Below are positions 1 to 13,475 of a DNA stretch of 64,000 nucleotides, piece by piece. The notes under the pieces were generated by a model. The model did not search any database. It was not told the origin of the DNA and saw nothing but the letters and a program-made list of their open reading frames with translations. The first letter of the stretch is position 1, and each line of letters starts with the position of its first letter. Source of the stretch: Felis catus (Eukaryota). The translations under genes and the position numbers were made by a program. The stretch is taken from positions 175,710,001 to 175,774,000 of the forward strand of contig NC_058368.1 in the NCBI RefSeq assembly GCF_018350175.1, in the 5' to 3' direction.

Positions 1-310
1 GGAGTGACAAGGCCAGATCTGCATTTTATAAGGATTCTTCCGGCCCTGCATCAAGAACAGATCGGAAAGGAACAAGGGCGAAACAGGAAGAGCTATGGGG
101 GGGGGGGGGCTGTGGCGGGGGGGTTACAGACACGGGGCCATAACATATTCACGAGACGTTTCAGGGAGAGCCACGGAATTTGGAAGCAGATTGAATGTGG
201 GGCTTGAGGGAAAGGAAGAGAAGGAGAATCCCCCGTTTCTGACTTCAACAGCTGAGGAGAAAGCGGTGACGTTTGAAACGCCTGGAGAAAAAGTGATCTG
301 GGGGAAGCGT
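1..310 (-). mobile_element. L2 LINE fragment (old)
   Basis: Degenerate antisense L2-like text (ggagtgacaaggccagatctgcatttt...gattgaatgtggggc...); family assigned from recalled consensus. Confidence 0.5.
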
Positions 311-699
311 TTTAATTAAATGGGCCTTGTGGTTTCCGTCCCTGGCCCACATTCGTGTACAGGAACAAGCACACGAACTGCATTAACAGTCACCCCTTCA
401 TGCAAACTGACGCCCCTTGGACCTGCCCAGGCCTGGTTGAGCCCAAGTTAGGCCACGGAGCTGAGACCCCCCTAGTACATTTGCTATCGTTTACGCCTCT
501 TGCCTTTTTGTTAAAGCCCTCCAGTCCCCTGCCTTTGCAAGGTTAGAGAGAATCCTCAAGAATCTATACTGGCCCAAGAGCTACCAAACACAGCTCTTTA
601 GGTGTGCTGGAAACTGGGTAGCAACCTTAAAAGCAACTGAATATATTCCCCTGTCCCGTGAGCATGACCTGAATTATTTAATGACTTGCTTTCACTGGA

Positions 700-860
700 C
701 ACAGGAGAATAGAGTGCTTCAGCCAATGGCCTTTGGAGTCAGACTGATTGGGTTTGGTAACCAGCCTCTGCCACATTAATGGCCGTGTGATCTTGGGGGA
801 GGAAGCACAGGGATTTGCACATAGCAGGGTTTACTTGATGAAGGTAGTAGTGATTTGGGG
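700..860 (+). mobile_element. MIR SINE
   Basis: ggctttggagtcagactgattgggtttg...ctctgccacattaatggccgtgtgatcttggg resembles the MIR 5'/core. Confidence 0.6.
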
Positions 861-1154
861 AAGCTGTGAAAAGAGAATTTCCAGCCAAAGGGGCTCCTAG
901 AGATCTTCCTCTATATAGATGGGGTAACCTGAGGCCTGCAGAGATGAAGTATCCACACTGGAGGTAAATGCCACACCCTGACCCGCCCCCCTCCCCCAGC
1001 CCAGTCTTCTCTCCAGACCTCCTCTGGGAAGGAGGGGAGCAGCGGGACCCACACGATGTGCATTTTCAGTGAGTTGCAAGATTGGCTTAGGGCGGAGGGG
1101 CACACGGGTATCCCATGGACTGGATGGGTTTTTCCTCATTTGTACCGAGTAAGC

Positions 1155-1640
1155 AGCACGATGTTTTGAAAATTATCTAAACGAGTTGCTGCAATTTGCA
1201 AATTGGGTGGTTTCATACAAAAATCCAAATTTCTGAATTTTCGGGGGGGGGGATATCAGAAAACGTGGCCAAGGGTGCCTGGGTGGCTCAGTCGGCTGAG
1301 CGTCCGACTTCGGCTCAGGTCGTGATCTCACAGTCTGTGAGTTCGAGCCCCGTATCGAGCTCTGTGCTGATGGCTCGGAGCCTGGCGCCTGCTTCTGATT
1401 CTGTGTCTCCCTCTCTCTCTGCCCCTTCCCTGCTCATGCTCTGTCTCTCTCTGTCTCAAAAATAAATAAAAACATTAAGAAAAAAAAATTAAAAAAGAAA
1501 TTTAAAAGAAAAAAAAAAAAAAAAGAAAACGTGGCCACCCCGGTATTCCCTACACGGTGACAAGCAGCTGGAGCTTGACTTGGTGCTGCTCCCTGAGGCT
1601 CTGCAGTCCATAGCTGGCCACAGTCCCTGCCTCTCTCTCT
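1155..1640. mobile_element. MER102-like hAT DNA transposon, split by a Can-SINE
   Basis: tttcatacaaaaatccaaatttctg ... cagctggagcttgacttggtgctgctccc ... gccacagtccc; the same motifs recur at 21350, 30105 and 39335. Confidence 0.6.
1272..1523 (+). mobile_element. Can-SINE (felid SINEC_Fc type)
   Basis: tRNA-like head with A/B boxes (gggtggctcagtcgg, gagttcgagccc), (CT)n, AATAAA/A tail; TSD agaaaacgtggcca at 1258-1271 and 1524-1537. Confidence 0.97.
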
Positions 1641-2429
1641 CTTGCCTCCTGGACAGCACAGCCCCGTGTCGCCTGGTGTCACCTGCAGTTACCCTCATGC
1701 TGGAGCCACCGCGTTCTGAACGTGTGGCCCACTTCCCTCTTTGATAGGATCCGCCCTGGCCTGGGGGCATAGGTTTATGGTTCAGGTCTCGGAGTATTTC
1801 CTTTGGAAAAAAAAAAAATGTGTTGGGAGATCAAGCTGTATACATGTTCCAAGCCCTCAGTACCATGTTACCTGTTGTTACATAATCCTGAGTCATCTCT
1901 CTCCAACTCTCCTGGTAGCTGTGTTCCCTCTGAAATCTTCCTCCTCACATCCATTTGGAAATAGAAGATCCTGCCTGCAATCACGGTTGGGCTTTTTCCC
2001 TACATTCCCTATTTTTTCTTCTTTTTCTTTTGGATCTTGCCAAGCACGAAGGTCTTCATTTTTCCATGTTCTTCCCCTTCCCCACCCAACCCTCTCGCCT
2101 GCCCATCACGAGCCTCTCCCCACCTCCTCCCTGCAGAGGCCTGGAGGCCCAGTGCTCTGCCCAGGCCCCCTCTGCAGCTCTGAGTGGCTTGCCCTTCCTT
2201 TCTGCATCTGGGGGGGCCCGCAGGATCCAAGGACAGCCAGCATTGCTAAGTTTGGTATTTACCGGAGGGCAAATGGGGGGTTGGATTTTCTGAGTTCCTT
2301 GGGGCAGGAAAGATGATCACCAGCCACTCGTCCCCGTGGGTTGCTCCGGATGGCAGGATCAAAGATCTTTACTGGCCTCCCCTCTGCTTTTAGAGATGAA
2401 TAAATAAGGATGTCCTGTCCGAGATATTT

Positions 2430-3015
2430 GGAGCATCCCCCTTTGATCCCCTCTTCCACAGGCTCTATTTAGCCCTTCGTCACTTTCAAACTTGCCACGT
2501 CCTCCCAACCAGTCTCCCCACCTCCATTTCATATGCTTCTGCCTCTTTTCCACCCTGCCTCAAGCGTGACCAGGTCTCCCGGCTGCCTAAACCGCCATCA
2601 AGAGATCCCTGTCACCTTCAGAATAAAGCTTAAGGCCTTGGCCAACCAGGTGGGGCCCACCGAACCTCCCAGCCTCATCTCTTACCATCCCCATGAGCAG
2701 TGGGCGCTCAGGCCAAGAAGCCACAAGCTCTTCACCTGGTCCTCTCGCTTTGTCTGTGCCTGGGACAACCCCTACCGATCCTTTGGGAATTGGCCTTGTC
2801 CCTGATCCTCTCCCCACCAAAGTGGGTCGATTGTTTTGGGCGCCCTCTGCGCTCACATCCCTCTGCTGTGGCCCTGCCTGGCTGTCCTGTATTTACAGAT
2901 ATGTCTCCCAGACTCGGAGGCTCTCAGACAAGGACCCTCTGGTTCGTCTGTGTCCTCAGAACCTGGCATAGGGCCTGGCAGGAGAAGCAGCTAATAAAGA
3001 CTGGAAGAACTGAAA
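2430..3015 (+). mobile_element. L2 LINE 3' fragment
   Basis: CT-rich L2-like body ending cctggcatagggcctggcagg...aataaagactggaagaactgaa. Confidence 0.55.
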
Positions 3016-4079
3016 ACAACGCAGCACTGAATTTCAACGAAGACACAGGCCGTTACAATTAGAAGCGGCTGTCCTTGGATCTTTGAGAATGTATCTCCTA
3101 TTGCATACATACAAGGGCTGTCCTTCAATGAGATGATCACTGGCCTTCCTCCACCCTGCCGGCCACAGGCCCTTCCCCTGTCCAGTCCTCTCACAGGACT
3201 AGTCCTTCCACCACCGGGCGCAGGACCCTTGACCACAAAGTGCCTTGACTTCCTGCTCGCCGTGTTCAGGGTCTAGACCTTGTGACTCCCGATGGACGGT
3301 CTCCGTCTGTGGTACTTCTCCATCCATCCAACCAAGTATCTACACTGGACCACACACTCCAACTGGGTGCCGGGGACAAAACGGACAGCAAAATCAGATG
3401 GCGCTTCTGACCTCACTGTAACTAACGGTACAGTCTGGTGGAAGAGACATGTAAACAGACACTTGCAAATAGCTGTAAAATATCAACCGTGACGCGTGCC
3501 TCGAAGGAGGAATCAGCAGTGCTATGAGGGCCCGTCACAGGGAGATTGGTCCTGGTGTGAGGGGCAGGAAAAGCCCAGCGTGGGGGCGGCAGCAAGAACG
3601 CGGGGGAGTGTGGGACAGATGAGCGGGCACCTCGGAGCCGGGAGGCCGCGAGCAGGAGCCCTTTTTTGTGTGTATCAGCAACAGGACGACACTGGCCTGT
3701 GTTTAGGCATCATTGTGCCACTGAGCTGGCGTTCTAAATGTTTCTTTGTTCATTCAGTTATACAAGCATGCTCAGTAAGATACGTGCATTTTTCCTGTGA
3801 TGTCATTTTTTTTCTTATATAGTACAAAGTGTGCATCTCGATAGCATCTATGTCTGTCTATATATAAACACACAGACACGCTCACACATGCGCAAGCACA
3901 CGCGCATAGAGCTTCTTCCTTCTCCTTGGCACTCCGTTCTGCATAAGGCAGTCGGTCCGCTGAAATGCAGCCATCATCATCAGCACCTTCATGATTATGT
4001 AACTAACACATCTTCTATGTTTCTATTATGTCATATATTTGAAATGTACAGAACTCTTCAGTGACTGCCACTTCACCAG

Positions 4080-4250
4080 GAAACGTACATGCATTGTCTC
4101 CCCTCCTCACAACAGCCCCACTGGTAATTTCTGTTTCCTCATTTTGCAGCTGTGGAGACGGAGGCTCAGAGATGTGAAGCCGCTTGCCCAGGGTCACACA
4201 GCCAGAAGTAGGGGAAGGCAGCCCTGGATCCGAGCTCTGCGGGATCCCAC
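4080..4250 (-). mobile_element. MIR SINE
   Basis: cctcattttgcagctgtggagacggaggctcagagatgtgaagccgcttgcccagggtcacacagcc = antisense MIR core. Confidence 0.75.
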
Positions 4251-4689
4251 CTCCATGCTGCCTCCTTCCCAGCATTTCAGGACCCAAAGGGACCTGAAAG
4301 AAAGGCCAGACAGCTGGCTGAGTTAGGAGACGCCTGTGGCTGTGCAAGTTTGCCTCTATTTCAATAAAGAGCCATTCAGGGAATGGGGACCATGACCGTG
4401 GCTGCACAGACCAGCTGGGCTCTGGGGACTCGATGGAGCCGCCCAGGCATCGACAGCCCCAGCACAATAGATCTGCTGACCCAGCAGTCAGAGGTGAGCC
4501 CGGAGGTCACTGGCCCTTGGCCGAGAAGAAGGAACACAGATCTGGGATCCTTTTCCACGGACCACACAGGGAGGGTGACAGAAGTCTCTGAACTCAGATG
4601 GCCAACCTCAAAGCCCACTGGGCATTTGTCCCAGGCCTTTGGGGTCAGCCCTAGATTCATATGCAACCTGCGTGTCTGACATTTGCTAG

Positions 4690-4980
4690 GCATTTTCACA
4701 TGCATCTTTCCACCAATCCCCGTAGTGACCCTTGGAGAATAGTACTTTTAATATCCCCATTTAGAGAGGAAGAAAGGGAAGCTCAGAGAGGTTCAGAGTC
4801 GGCCCCAAGCTCACACAGCTACTAGGTGGTAGAATTTCACTCCATGGACTTTCACGTCCATTCATTCAATAAACATTTATGGCACGTCTACACTGTCCAG
4901 GCACTGTTCTAGGCCTTTGGAATACACAGCTAAACAGAACAGACAAAATCCCCACTCTTTGTGGGGCTGACATTTGAGTG
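4690..4980 (-). mobile_element. MIR followed by an L2 3' tail
   Basis: ccccattt...gaagctcagagaggtt...cacacagctactaggtgg (MIR), then cattcattcaataaacatttatggcac...ccaggcactgttctagg (L2 end). Confidence 0.65.
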
Positions 4981-5685
4981 CCACGGTGCCGGGGTCCGCG
5001 CACTCACTACTGAAATAAACTAAGACCCCGGTCATGTGGTTGTGGAGCTTGAAGTAGTGGAGGAGATAGGGGTGCAGAACATTTCAGAGCACTGCAGAAA
5101 GTTTGGGGGTGCTCTGACAGGTGTCGGCAGAGGGGCTGTGGAACAGAGGGTGGGCATCAGGGAAGGATTCCTGGACGAGGTGGTACCCGAGATGGTCCCG
5201 GCAGGATCAGCCAGGGATGGGACCGTCAATCCAGGTTGAATTCACAGCTGGCAAAGTAGCCCGAACCTGGTTTCTTTGGGCTGCTGTGCTCGGAGGCGCA
5301 ACAGAGCTGCCCAGACCTGATTTGTCCTCCCAAATATAGCTTGAGCAAAGGCCCTGAAGCCAAGAGGCAGGGCTTTGGTTCAGGGAACTCTGTGTCTGGC
5401 TACAGTCAGGGGTTGATAGGGCTGAAGAAGAGAAGGGGCCTCAGGCTTTCAGGAAGCACAGTAAGTTTTGAGCAGGAAAGTAGCCCAACGGCTTTGATGG
5501 TTTCAAACATCACTCTGGGGCCAAGCAGAGGCTGAAGTGGAGGTGACAGGGAATGGGCAGGGCTCTCCAGGCCATAGCAGGACTGGGAGGGGGCTTCTCC
5601 AAGCCCAGTGCTCTGAAAATTGTTTTTTAATTTATCTTTTCAGAGGCAAAATTGTCCTTGCTCATTAAAAAATAAAAGAAGAAGA

Positions 5686-5724
5686 AAGGAAAGGAAAGGA
5701 GAGGAAAGGAAAGGAAAGGAAAGG
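5686..5724 (+). repeat. (GGAAA)n microsatellite
   Basis: aaggaaaggaaaggagaggaaaggaaaggaaaggaaagg. Confidence 0.9.
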
Positions 5725-5779
5725 CTGAAAATAGGTGGGGAGAAAGTTCTCTAACAGCAAAGTCAAGCCCAATGTTCTC

Positions 5780-6500
5780 TTTTTAAAACATTTTATTATG
5801 AAATAGTTCATGTCAAGGAATATACGCAGTTTATATTGGCTTATAAAGCATGATAAAAAAAGAAACACCTGTGACCCCACCGCTCAATAGTGTAAGAACT
5901 GTAACTTGTTGGGGTGATCAGAGCTGAGGTGGGGTCCCCTTTGATGCCCCCTCCAGTCCGCCCCCTACATCCCCACCTACCATGAGCTAACTAACTATGA
6001 GGTGAATTTCATGTTGGTCTCTTCGTCTTCCTTTGTCTTTTCTGCTTACAAATATAAACGTGTCCTCAAACGATATAACGCTTGATTTGCTTGTTTTCAA
6101 GTTTTATTAAAAACGTATCTTGGGCCCTTCTGCCACTCTGCAGTTTTAAATTCAGGGCTACGTGTCTCCGATTCACCATGCTGATGCATGAAGCTGTAAC
6201 TTATTTGCTCTCGCAGGTAGATGGTACGTTCACTGTATGCATACACCCCACCTCATCTGTATCCTGTCCCCTGCTGGCGGGCCTCCAGGTGGTACCAGCT
6301 GATGGAGGGGACCATCTCCAACGGTGCCGGTATAGGCATTCATGTGTGTACCTCCCAGAGCACCTGTGCACGAGCTTCTCTAGGAAACCTCAACGGTGGA
6401 CTTCCTGGGTTGCAGGGCACCCAGGGCTCTTTCCACGTCTCTGCCCCAAGCGGGTCCCGGCAGTCCCCGCTCCGGCCTTAGTACCAGCATGCTGGGGCCC
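5780..6500 (-). mobile_element. Ancient L1 (L1ME-like) 3' region
   Basis: Antisense L1ME-type text (attttattatgaaatagttc... gattcaccatgctgatgcatgaagctgtaactt... ggacttcctgggttgcaggg). Confidence 0.55.
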
Positions 6501-6739
6501 AGAGTGCGGCCGCCCCTTGCAGGCAGGCCCAGGCCGGCCCCTCAGTCATTTCCCGGGACTCAGCAGGCTCCCCAGACATCCCTCCTCTGCCAGCAAGACC
6601 AGCAACCCTCCAGCTGGCTCCTAATTAGGTCACAAGAGAATTACTCTCTCACTCTGGGTCTGTTCCACTTCCTTCAGCACTTGGGCCTAGGCAGGCTCTG
6701 TTCACAAGCCACTGGGTCCAAGGAGACAGAATACTATCA

Positions 6740-6960
6740 ACTATGGAGCCGACTGCCTGCCAGGCACCATTCAAAGCACCTTCCCTGTGTACGAACCCAC
6801 TTGATCTTCACAACAGGCTGCACGAGGCGAGGACTACATTATCCCCATTTTATAGATGAGAAGCTGAAGCACAGGAAGTCCGGGAGCTTGCCCAGAGTGA
6901 CGCATGTTGGAAGCAGACGGCAAACCCAGGCAGCCGGGCTCCTGCACTCCCCACCACTCT
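6740..6960 (-). mobile_element. MIR SINE
   Basis: attatccccattttatagatgagaagctgaagcacagg...cttgcccagagtgac. Confidence 0.8.
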
Positions 6961-7312
6961 GCTAGCTCATCTCTTAGAAGACGGAGAGAGGCGACTCCTT
7001 GCCCATTCCTAAATCCGTCAGCATTCCTTTCCATGCAAGGAAAAGAAACAGAACTTGAATAAATGTAAGCAAAAAGGGCACTTACTGGCTGGCAAAAATA
7101 AATCCAGAAGCACAGGTAGAAAGCGGATCTCGGGACCCACTGTGTCCCCGGGGGCAAACACTCAGAAACCTCTCCCTCCCTACCTCTCTCTATCCCCACC
7201 TTGACATCCCTCCCTGTAAGTGTGGCCTTTGTTTTCTTATCTCAGGAGGGGCAGGAATGTGGCTTCGCCTTTCAACAGATCCACCGGTTCCCATTAAAAA
7301 ACAAAACACAGG

Positions 7313-7535
7313 GGGGCGCCTGGGTGGCGCAGTCGGTTAAGCGTCCGACTTCAGCCAGGTCACGATCTCGCGGTCCGTGAGTTCGAGCCCCGCGTCAGGC
7401 TCTGGGCTGATGGCTCGGAGCCTGGAGCCTGTTTCCGATTCTGTGTCTCCCTCTCTCTCTGCCCCTCCCCCGTTCATGCTCTGTCTCTCTCTGTCCCAAA
7501 AATAAATAAACGTTGAAAAACAAACAAACAAACAA
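7313..7535 (+). mobile_element. Young Can-SINE (SINEC_Fc)
   Basis: CpG-intact copy (ggggcgcctgggtggcgcagtcggttaagcgtccgacttcagccagg...); TSD aaaaaacaaaacacagg at 7296-7312 and 7536-7552. Confidence 0.97.
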
Positions 7536-7550
7536 AAAAAACAAAACACA

Positions 7551-7790
7551 GGACACCTGGGTGGCATAGACTGTTAAAGAGTCTGACTTGATCTTGGCTC
7601 AGGTCATGATCTCACAGTTCGTGAGTTTGAGCCCCACATCAGGCTCTGCACTGACAGCATGGAGCCTGCTTGGGATTCTCTCTCTCCCTCTCTCTCTCTG
7701 TATCTCCCCTGCTTGTGTGCTTGTGCTCTCTCTCTCTCAAAATAAATAAATTTTTTAAATGTATTTAAAAAAAACCCACAAACAAACAAA
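7551..7790 (+). mobile_element. Older Can-SINE directly downstream of the young copy
   Basis: ggacacctgggtggcatagactgttaaag...gcttgggattctctctct...aaaataaataaa; CpGs decayed. Confidence 0.93.
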
Positions 7791-9682
7791 GCAAACAGCA
7801 GGGAAGGGTGCTGATGAGCTCATTCTGGGCCACCTATCCTTTCCTGAGCAATACCAGTGGCCAGGGGAGGCTGGCATTGGCACAGGGAGGATCAGGGGCC
7901 CCATCCCAGGAGGGGGATAGCACAAACGCCCCTTTCCCAGCACAACCAGAGCCGGAGATGGTGAGCAGGGCAACTGACCTGCAATGCTAGTTTCGTGTGT
8001 TACCAGGGCCCTGGTGTTCCTGTGCCAAGCAATGGAATAAGCCTCAGGGGTCCCTGCCTCCTCTCTGGAAATTCATCATGGCATGGGCAGCCCTTCCTTT
8101 TTGAGTAAGGCCAAGGTCATTACCCAGGATCCAACTAGGCTGAAAAGAATTCTTTTCTTAATAGCTTTCCATTTGGCATTCAGGGAAAGGAGGTTTCCAC
8201 TAGGTATTTTTAACCAACAAAACCTTCCATGCACCTAACCCATGGAGAGCCCCAGGACCAGCTGAAAGAGTGTGAACATTATGCCCAGACTGCTCAGGGG
8301 AGCCACAGTGCCTTGGGATGGGGGCGGGGGGGGGGCAACGAGGCCACTCAAGAAAGCCCAAGGAGGAGCATGTCCTTCCTCTTCAAGGGGAATGGGGCTC
8401 AGGGCACAGGGAAGGGAAACAGAAAGCAAGGCAGGGGACACATGATTTGACATGAGCACATGCTACATGGGCTGGCCTGGCTCCTCATTGCCCACCTTTC
8501 CCCTAAAACCCACCCAACCCTCATCTAGCCCTGGGCTCCCGCCACCCCTGTGGTCCCTGGCAAAGGCCTGATACGTCCTCAGTGAAACCAGGTCAGAGAG
8601 CATTCGAGAAGCAGCTCAGGGAGTCAAGCGGACGCAAATCTGGACAGCAGAACAAAGCCAACCTGTCGGCCAAGGAAACTCAATCCGATTATGCCCCGGA
8701 GCCCCCGTGGCCGGAGCAGCCTTGTGACAGAGAAGAAAGGGCGCTTTCATGGGCCTGGCCCTGCCTGCTAGCAAACCGGGCCCTGCCAGTGCCCTGCCCT
8801 CTCTCTAAGCGGCCCCACGGGACCTGCTGGCCCCTCACCCAGCCTGGGGATGGGCATGGGGAAGGGACCCCTTCACCAGGCCTCAGAAGACACGGGTAGT
8901 GGGAAAGGGACCTCAGGAAAAGCCACAGGCAACGAATGGCTTCAAGGTTAAGTCTCGGGAGATAAAATAGACTGTGTGTTTGTCCTGGAAATTGGCTCAT
9001 GGACAGATTAAATTTAGGAGTAACTGGGGCAGATACGCAGGGAAGCATGTTTCCTTAATGAGCCTGTCTTTATTTAACTGCTTAATCATTTACTGGGCCA
9101 AAAAATCTGGAGGTGACTCCAAAAGTCACGAGGATGAAGACAGTGACAGATTGAGTCCTGTCCAACTGCCTCAAGGGCTGGGCTCCTATGACATCAGGTC
9201 CCTGTGCCCATCGTCCTTGTCACCCTGATGGGACAGGGCTGGACTGCACTGATGGCCCCAGTAACCCCCATGGGGCACAGCTGCTTTGCTCGGGAACCGC
9301 TTTTCTTTGACACTTCATTTTCCTAACAGGGAGGTCACTGGGATGGGCAGTTAACTTGGGCACTGCTCCCTCCTCCTGCCCTGATACGACCCCCTGCCGG
9401 CTAGTTAGTTCGAGGAGCCCTCCAGCCTCCTGTGTTCCCTCCACCACACTTCTCCTCCATGTGCCCATTCATTCCTTCATTCCTTAACAAAGAGTTTTCC
9501 AGCAACCAACACATAGTGTTCCTGGTGTGAAAACGTGGTGTTGAAAAGGTCCCGTGAACTGGTTGCTTTCATGAAGCTTCTTACAGCCCTGCGGGGGGTT
9601 GGTGGCCTGTAATCCAGCAAAGCCTTCCATTTTTTCATTATACGCTGCAACAAGGGCACTGAAGAAAAAGAGGGAAAAAACT

Positions 9683-10039
9683 AGGTTCAGGGGGAGGGGA
9701 GAGGAATGAATGGGTGGAGCACAGGGCGTTTTTAGGGCGAGAAGGCTATTCCGTGTGCTACCGTATTGGTGGACGTAGACCCTATGCATTTGTCAACACC
9801 CACAGAATGTACGACACAGAGAGTGAGCCCTCATGTAACCGGGGACCTTAGTTAATAATAACGTACTGGTATCGGCTCAGCAATGATAACAAGTATACCA
9901 GCCTAATGCAAGATGTTTAAAATAGGGAAATCTTGGAGGGGGGGTGGCGGGGAGGGAGTACAAGGGAACTCCCTGTACTTTCTGTGCAATTTTTCTGCAA
10001 ACCTAAAACTGCTCAGAAAAATAAAGTCTACTAAAAAAA
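9683..10039 (+). mobile_element. L1MC-type (L1MC1/2-like) 3' UTR
   Basis: gaatgggtggagcacagggcgtttttagggc...cccacagaatgtacgacac...aacctaaaactgctcagaaaaataaagtctactaaaaaaa. Confidence 0.8.
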
Positions 10040-11115
10040 GTGAAAATAACTACAAGAGACTCTGTTGGGGAGCCTGATCTACACTTGGGCGTCTGCATGG
10101 GCGTCTGCTGCTGGAAACCACACTGATTGACCATTATTCATCCTGGGTCACATCTCCCCTGCAGGGAGGGCAGGGTGCGACTGTTTAGTGAGTGCCTGTT
10201 ATGTGCAGCTCATCGCCAGGCAATGCTCATCTGCTACGCTTGCTATAGAAGTGGGGGAAGGGGTCCCATTCTAGGGGATGTACCAGGACCAACATGGGGA
10301 GAGAAGAGGAGTGGGAATGGGTATGGTTCACAACAATAGAGCTAGCATAACAATTTCTATTTGGGGAGGAAACCTTTCATTTCATAATACAGAATGTGGG
10401 AAAGCTGAACAAAGTGCTCATGGCTGGTGGATGTACATGGGATACTTCTCAGTGGGCCATAGAGAGGTGGAGCCTTTGAGGGGGGAGGCAGAGACTTTTG
10501 CGGTTAGCAAAAGAGGACATAGACTCGAAAAGGCTGAGAAATGCTGTACTATCACATGTAAACTCACCACCGCATGTGAGCAAGATGATATGATTCCCAT
10601 TTTCCGGAAGGGGCCACTGAGGTATAAGGTTAAGTCACGTGCCCATGTCACCCTGCTAAGAAGTCTACCGAGGTAGAATTCTTTGTGGGTAGAACGGCAC
10701 CCACAAAGGCAGCAGCCATCACTGCCAATAGGGTGGTGCTGGGGGGTCTACTGGATGCCAGTGGTGCTCCTTGAGAGACTGGAAGTCATGGGCCATGAGT
10801 CAAAGGGTCAGCGGGTCACATTCTGCCTCCAAGATGTGTGTGCGATGGTGGCCATGGGACCTACATGGGGCTGTGCTCCAGGAGAGGGACCTGCAATCTT
10901 GATAGTCTCCAGAAGCCAGGGGTGGCATCCTAGGAAATAGAGTAAAAGCTTCATTCATCTGGATGTCACTAATGCAGGACACTATTTAACTGGCCTGGGC
11001 TGAGCCTGATCAAAAAGGTCTGTAGAGCTAAGATGTGGGGGGAAGGACATTTAACCTAGGTCAGTTGGCTCGTCAGGTGTCTTACGTTTCTGGTGCTTTT
11101 TAAAAAGTGGGAGCG

Positions 11116-11332
11116 GGGGACGCCCGGGTGGCTCAGTCGGTTAAGCGTCCAACTTTGGCTCAGGCCACGATCTCGCGGTCTGTGAGTTCGAGCCCCACGT
11201 CGGGCTCTGTGCGGACCGCTCGGAGCCCGGAGCCGGCTTCGGATTCCGTGTCTCCCTCTCTCTCTGCCCCTTCCCTGCTCACGCTCTGTCTCTGTCTTTC
11301 AGAAATGAGCAAACGTTAAAAAGCAAATAGAC
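11116..11332 (+). mobile_element. Can-SINE
   Basis: Full head, (CT)n and tail; TSD aaaaagtgggag at 11102-11113 and 11333-11344. Confidence 0.96.
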
Positions 11333-13475
11333 AAAAAGTGGGAGTTAATGAAGTCGTGTCGTGGGTAATTTCAAGAGCCTGTTTCCCTCTTCCTCCTAAA
11401 AGCAGGTCCTAGAGGACCTCCAAAAGGCTAAGTGTCATTAGCCACGTTAGGGTGAGAAGACAAAAATGATCTGGGAACTCTGAGCTGCAGCACATCCCCC
11501 TCTGTGCCACCCCTCGGCCGCAGCGGACACGCCCCCTGCCCACGCTGCCCAGTACGGGTACCAAGCATGTGAGAGAACGGCTGCTGTGCTGAGAGGACAC
11601 GCGCGTTTCATTCCATTTCATTTCAATTAGTTTAGATCCTGCCTGTCTTCGGGATTTCACGTCTGTGTGGCATCCCCCAGGTATACAAACTTAAATTTTC
11701 TTTTCTATTAAAAAGATAAATAAATAAAAATAAAAATCATGACTCAGCTCACATTAAAGAGTGCTGCCCCTCCGGACAGTGCCGATTTCTCCCTCCTTCT
11801 GTCCAAATTCCTACTCTCACCGCAGCACCACGGCGCCAGCTCTCCTCCTTAGCACACCGCGATGCCACAGAAGACTTTTCGCACCTGCTGAAGTGGCAGA
11901 CACCCTGCGAGGAGACTTCTTGCGGCGCAGAGGGCAGAGGTGACTTTCCCAAGGTCTCTCAGCACTGAGGGGCAGAACAGGCCCCGAGAGGCCTGAGACC
12001 CGTGTGGTTCTGAGGAGGTCTTACTTCCCACAATGCCCCGGTGCCCCAAGCTCCTGGCAGAAGAGGCATTTATTTCTCCAGGCCAGCCAGTGAGGGCTGG
12101 CTGGCAGAGGGCGGCCCTGCTGAGCACTTGGAGCCATAAGATCTAAATATTTGCACCAACAAACAAGCATATTTGTGAAGCACCAGCCATGTGCCAGATG
12201 CTTGCTGGCCTTGAGGATACAGCATTAGACGCCACAGACAGGACCCCTCCTGGTCCCCTCCGCAGCTCCAAGCCAGGCGAGCACATGACAGGCACCCAGC
12301 CGTCCTGTGCGGGAAGGATTTTTTTTTTTTTTGGAGTCGAGGGGATGAGTCAGGAAACCTTGATTCCCTAGTATCTGATTTTCATGAGGTGCTCTGCACA
12401 TTTTTTTTTTTTAAAGAACAAAAGAAAAAAGTTTCAACCTGCAAATATGCTTGGGAATCACTGAAAACAACACTTCTCCTGCAGGAGACTGGGAAATGCT
12501 CATCAGCCTTTGAAGAAAAGGGACGGGGAGGCAGGAGGCAGCCAGGGAAGTGGACAGAGGCCTGGGTATGGGCTTGGCATGCCTCACTTCTGAACCCTTG
12601 CTCTGTCCCACTCACTGGCGGGGTGACTTTTGGAGAGCTTCGCCAAGTCTCAGTGTGTGTCATCTGTACAATGGGAATGTGGTAACACCACATCTTATAT
12701 GTGACATTGGGTGGGTCTGTGCCTGGCCTGGGGTGATGCTCCACGAACAGTTTCCCTGTCCTTCACTTGGTGGCAATATGGAAGGCAGGGAACGGAGGAG
12801 AAGGAAGGGAGGTTGATCAGGGATCATCTGGCTGGCCAGCCTGGGCAGACTTTGATCACCAGGTAAGAAAGTGGGAGTCTCTAACTGTCACCAGGTTCCA
12901 TGGTACAATACTGTGGACAGTGAAACCGAGCAAAGCACACGTGCTCTGCCCTGAGCCTCCCAGCTCCTTACCTGCTTGAGTTCTGGCCCCTCAGGCTGCC
13001 CATCCCAGCCTGGGGTCCCCACCCCCGTGCAAGCACAGGTCGGCTTCAAGGGGAGACCTAAGCAGCCCTCAGAAAGGGCCGGCTGGCCTGTGCACACATC
13101 CTCTCATGAGGCGCCCACTGGGGCCCAGCCCAAGATTGCAGGAGAACATGACCAGGTTCCCAGGGCCCTGCCGGAGACCATGTGTTAGGAGCAAACATCG
13201 ATACCACTTTCTGTGCTCTTTCTGCTAGAGGCAAAAGCTAAATGCGGCACGTGCCTCTCTGAAACCACAGCTTCAGATGGAAAATCAATGACAAGGGCTG
13301 AGTCCCAGCTCTGTGACCTTCCTGCTGTGGACAGGTCACCTCCTTCAAGTCCTACATACCAGCCTAGAGGCTTCTGGAAAGTAGAAGCAGCTATCCAAGC
13401 CTCAGTTTCCCTTTCAGAAAAATGGGAGTGGAAACACCTCCCACACGCGGTTTACAGTAGGTGTTTTCTTAAGTT

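Noticed and set aside
1196..1465. Recurrent 'GAWVAQSV...SSSP...SLSLSQK' ORFs (also at 11107, 27585, 51010, 55779, 58440)
   Set aside because: Translations of Can-SINEs, not a gene family
7313..7400. tRNA-like A/B box sequences
   Set aside because: These are SINE heads followed by (CT)n and A tails; no acceptor stem or cloverleaf
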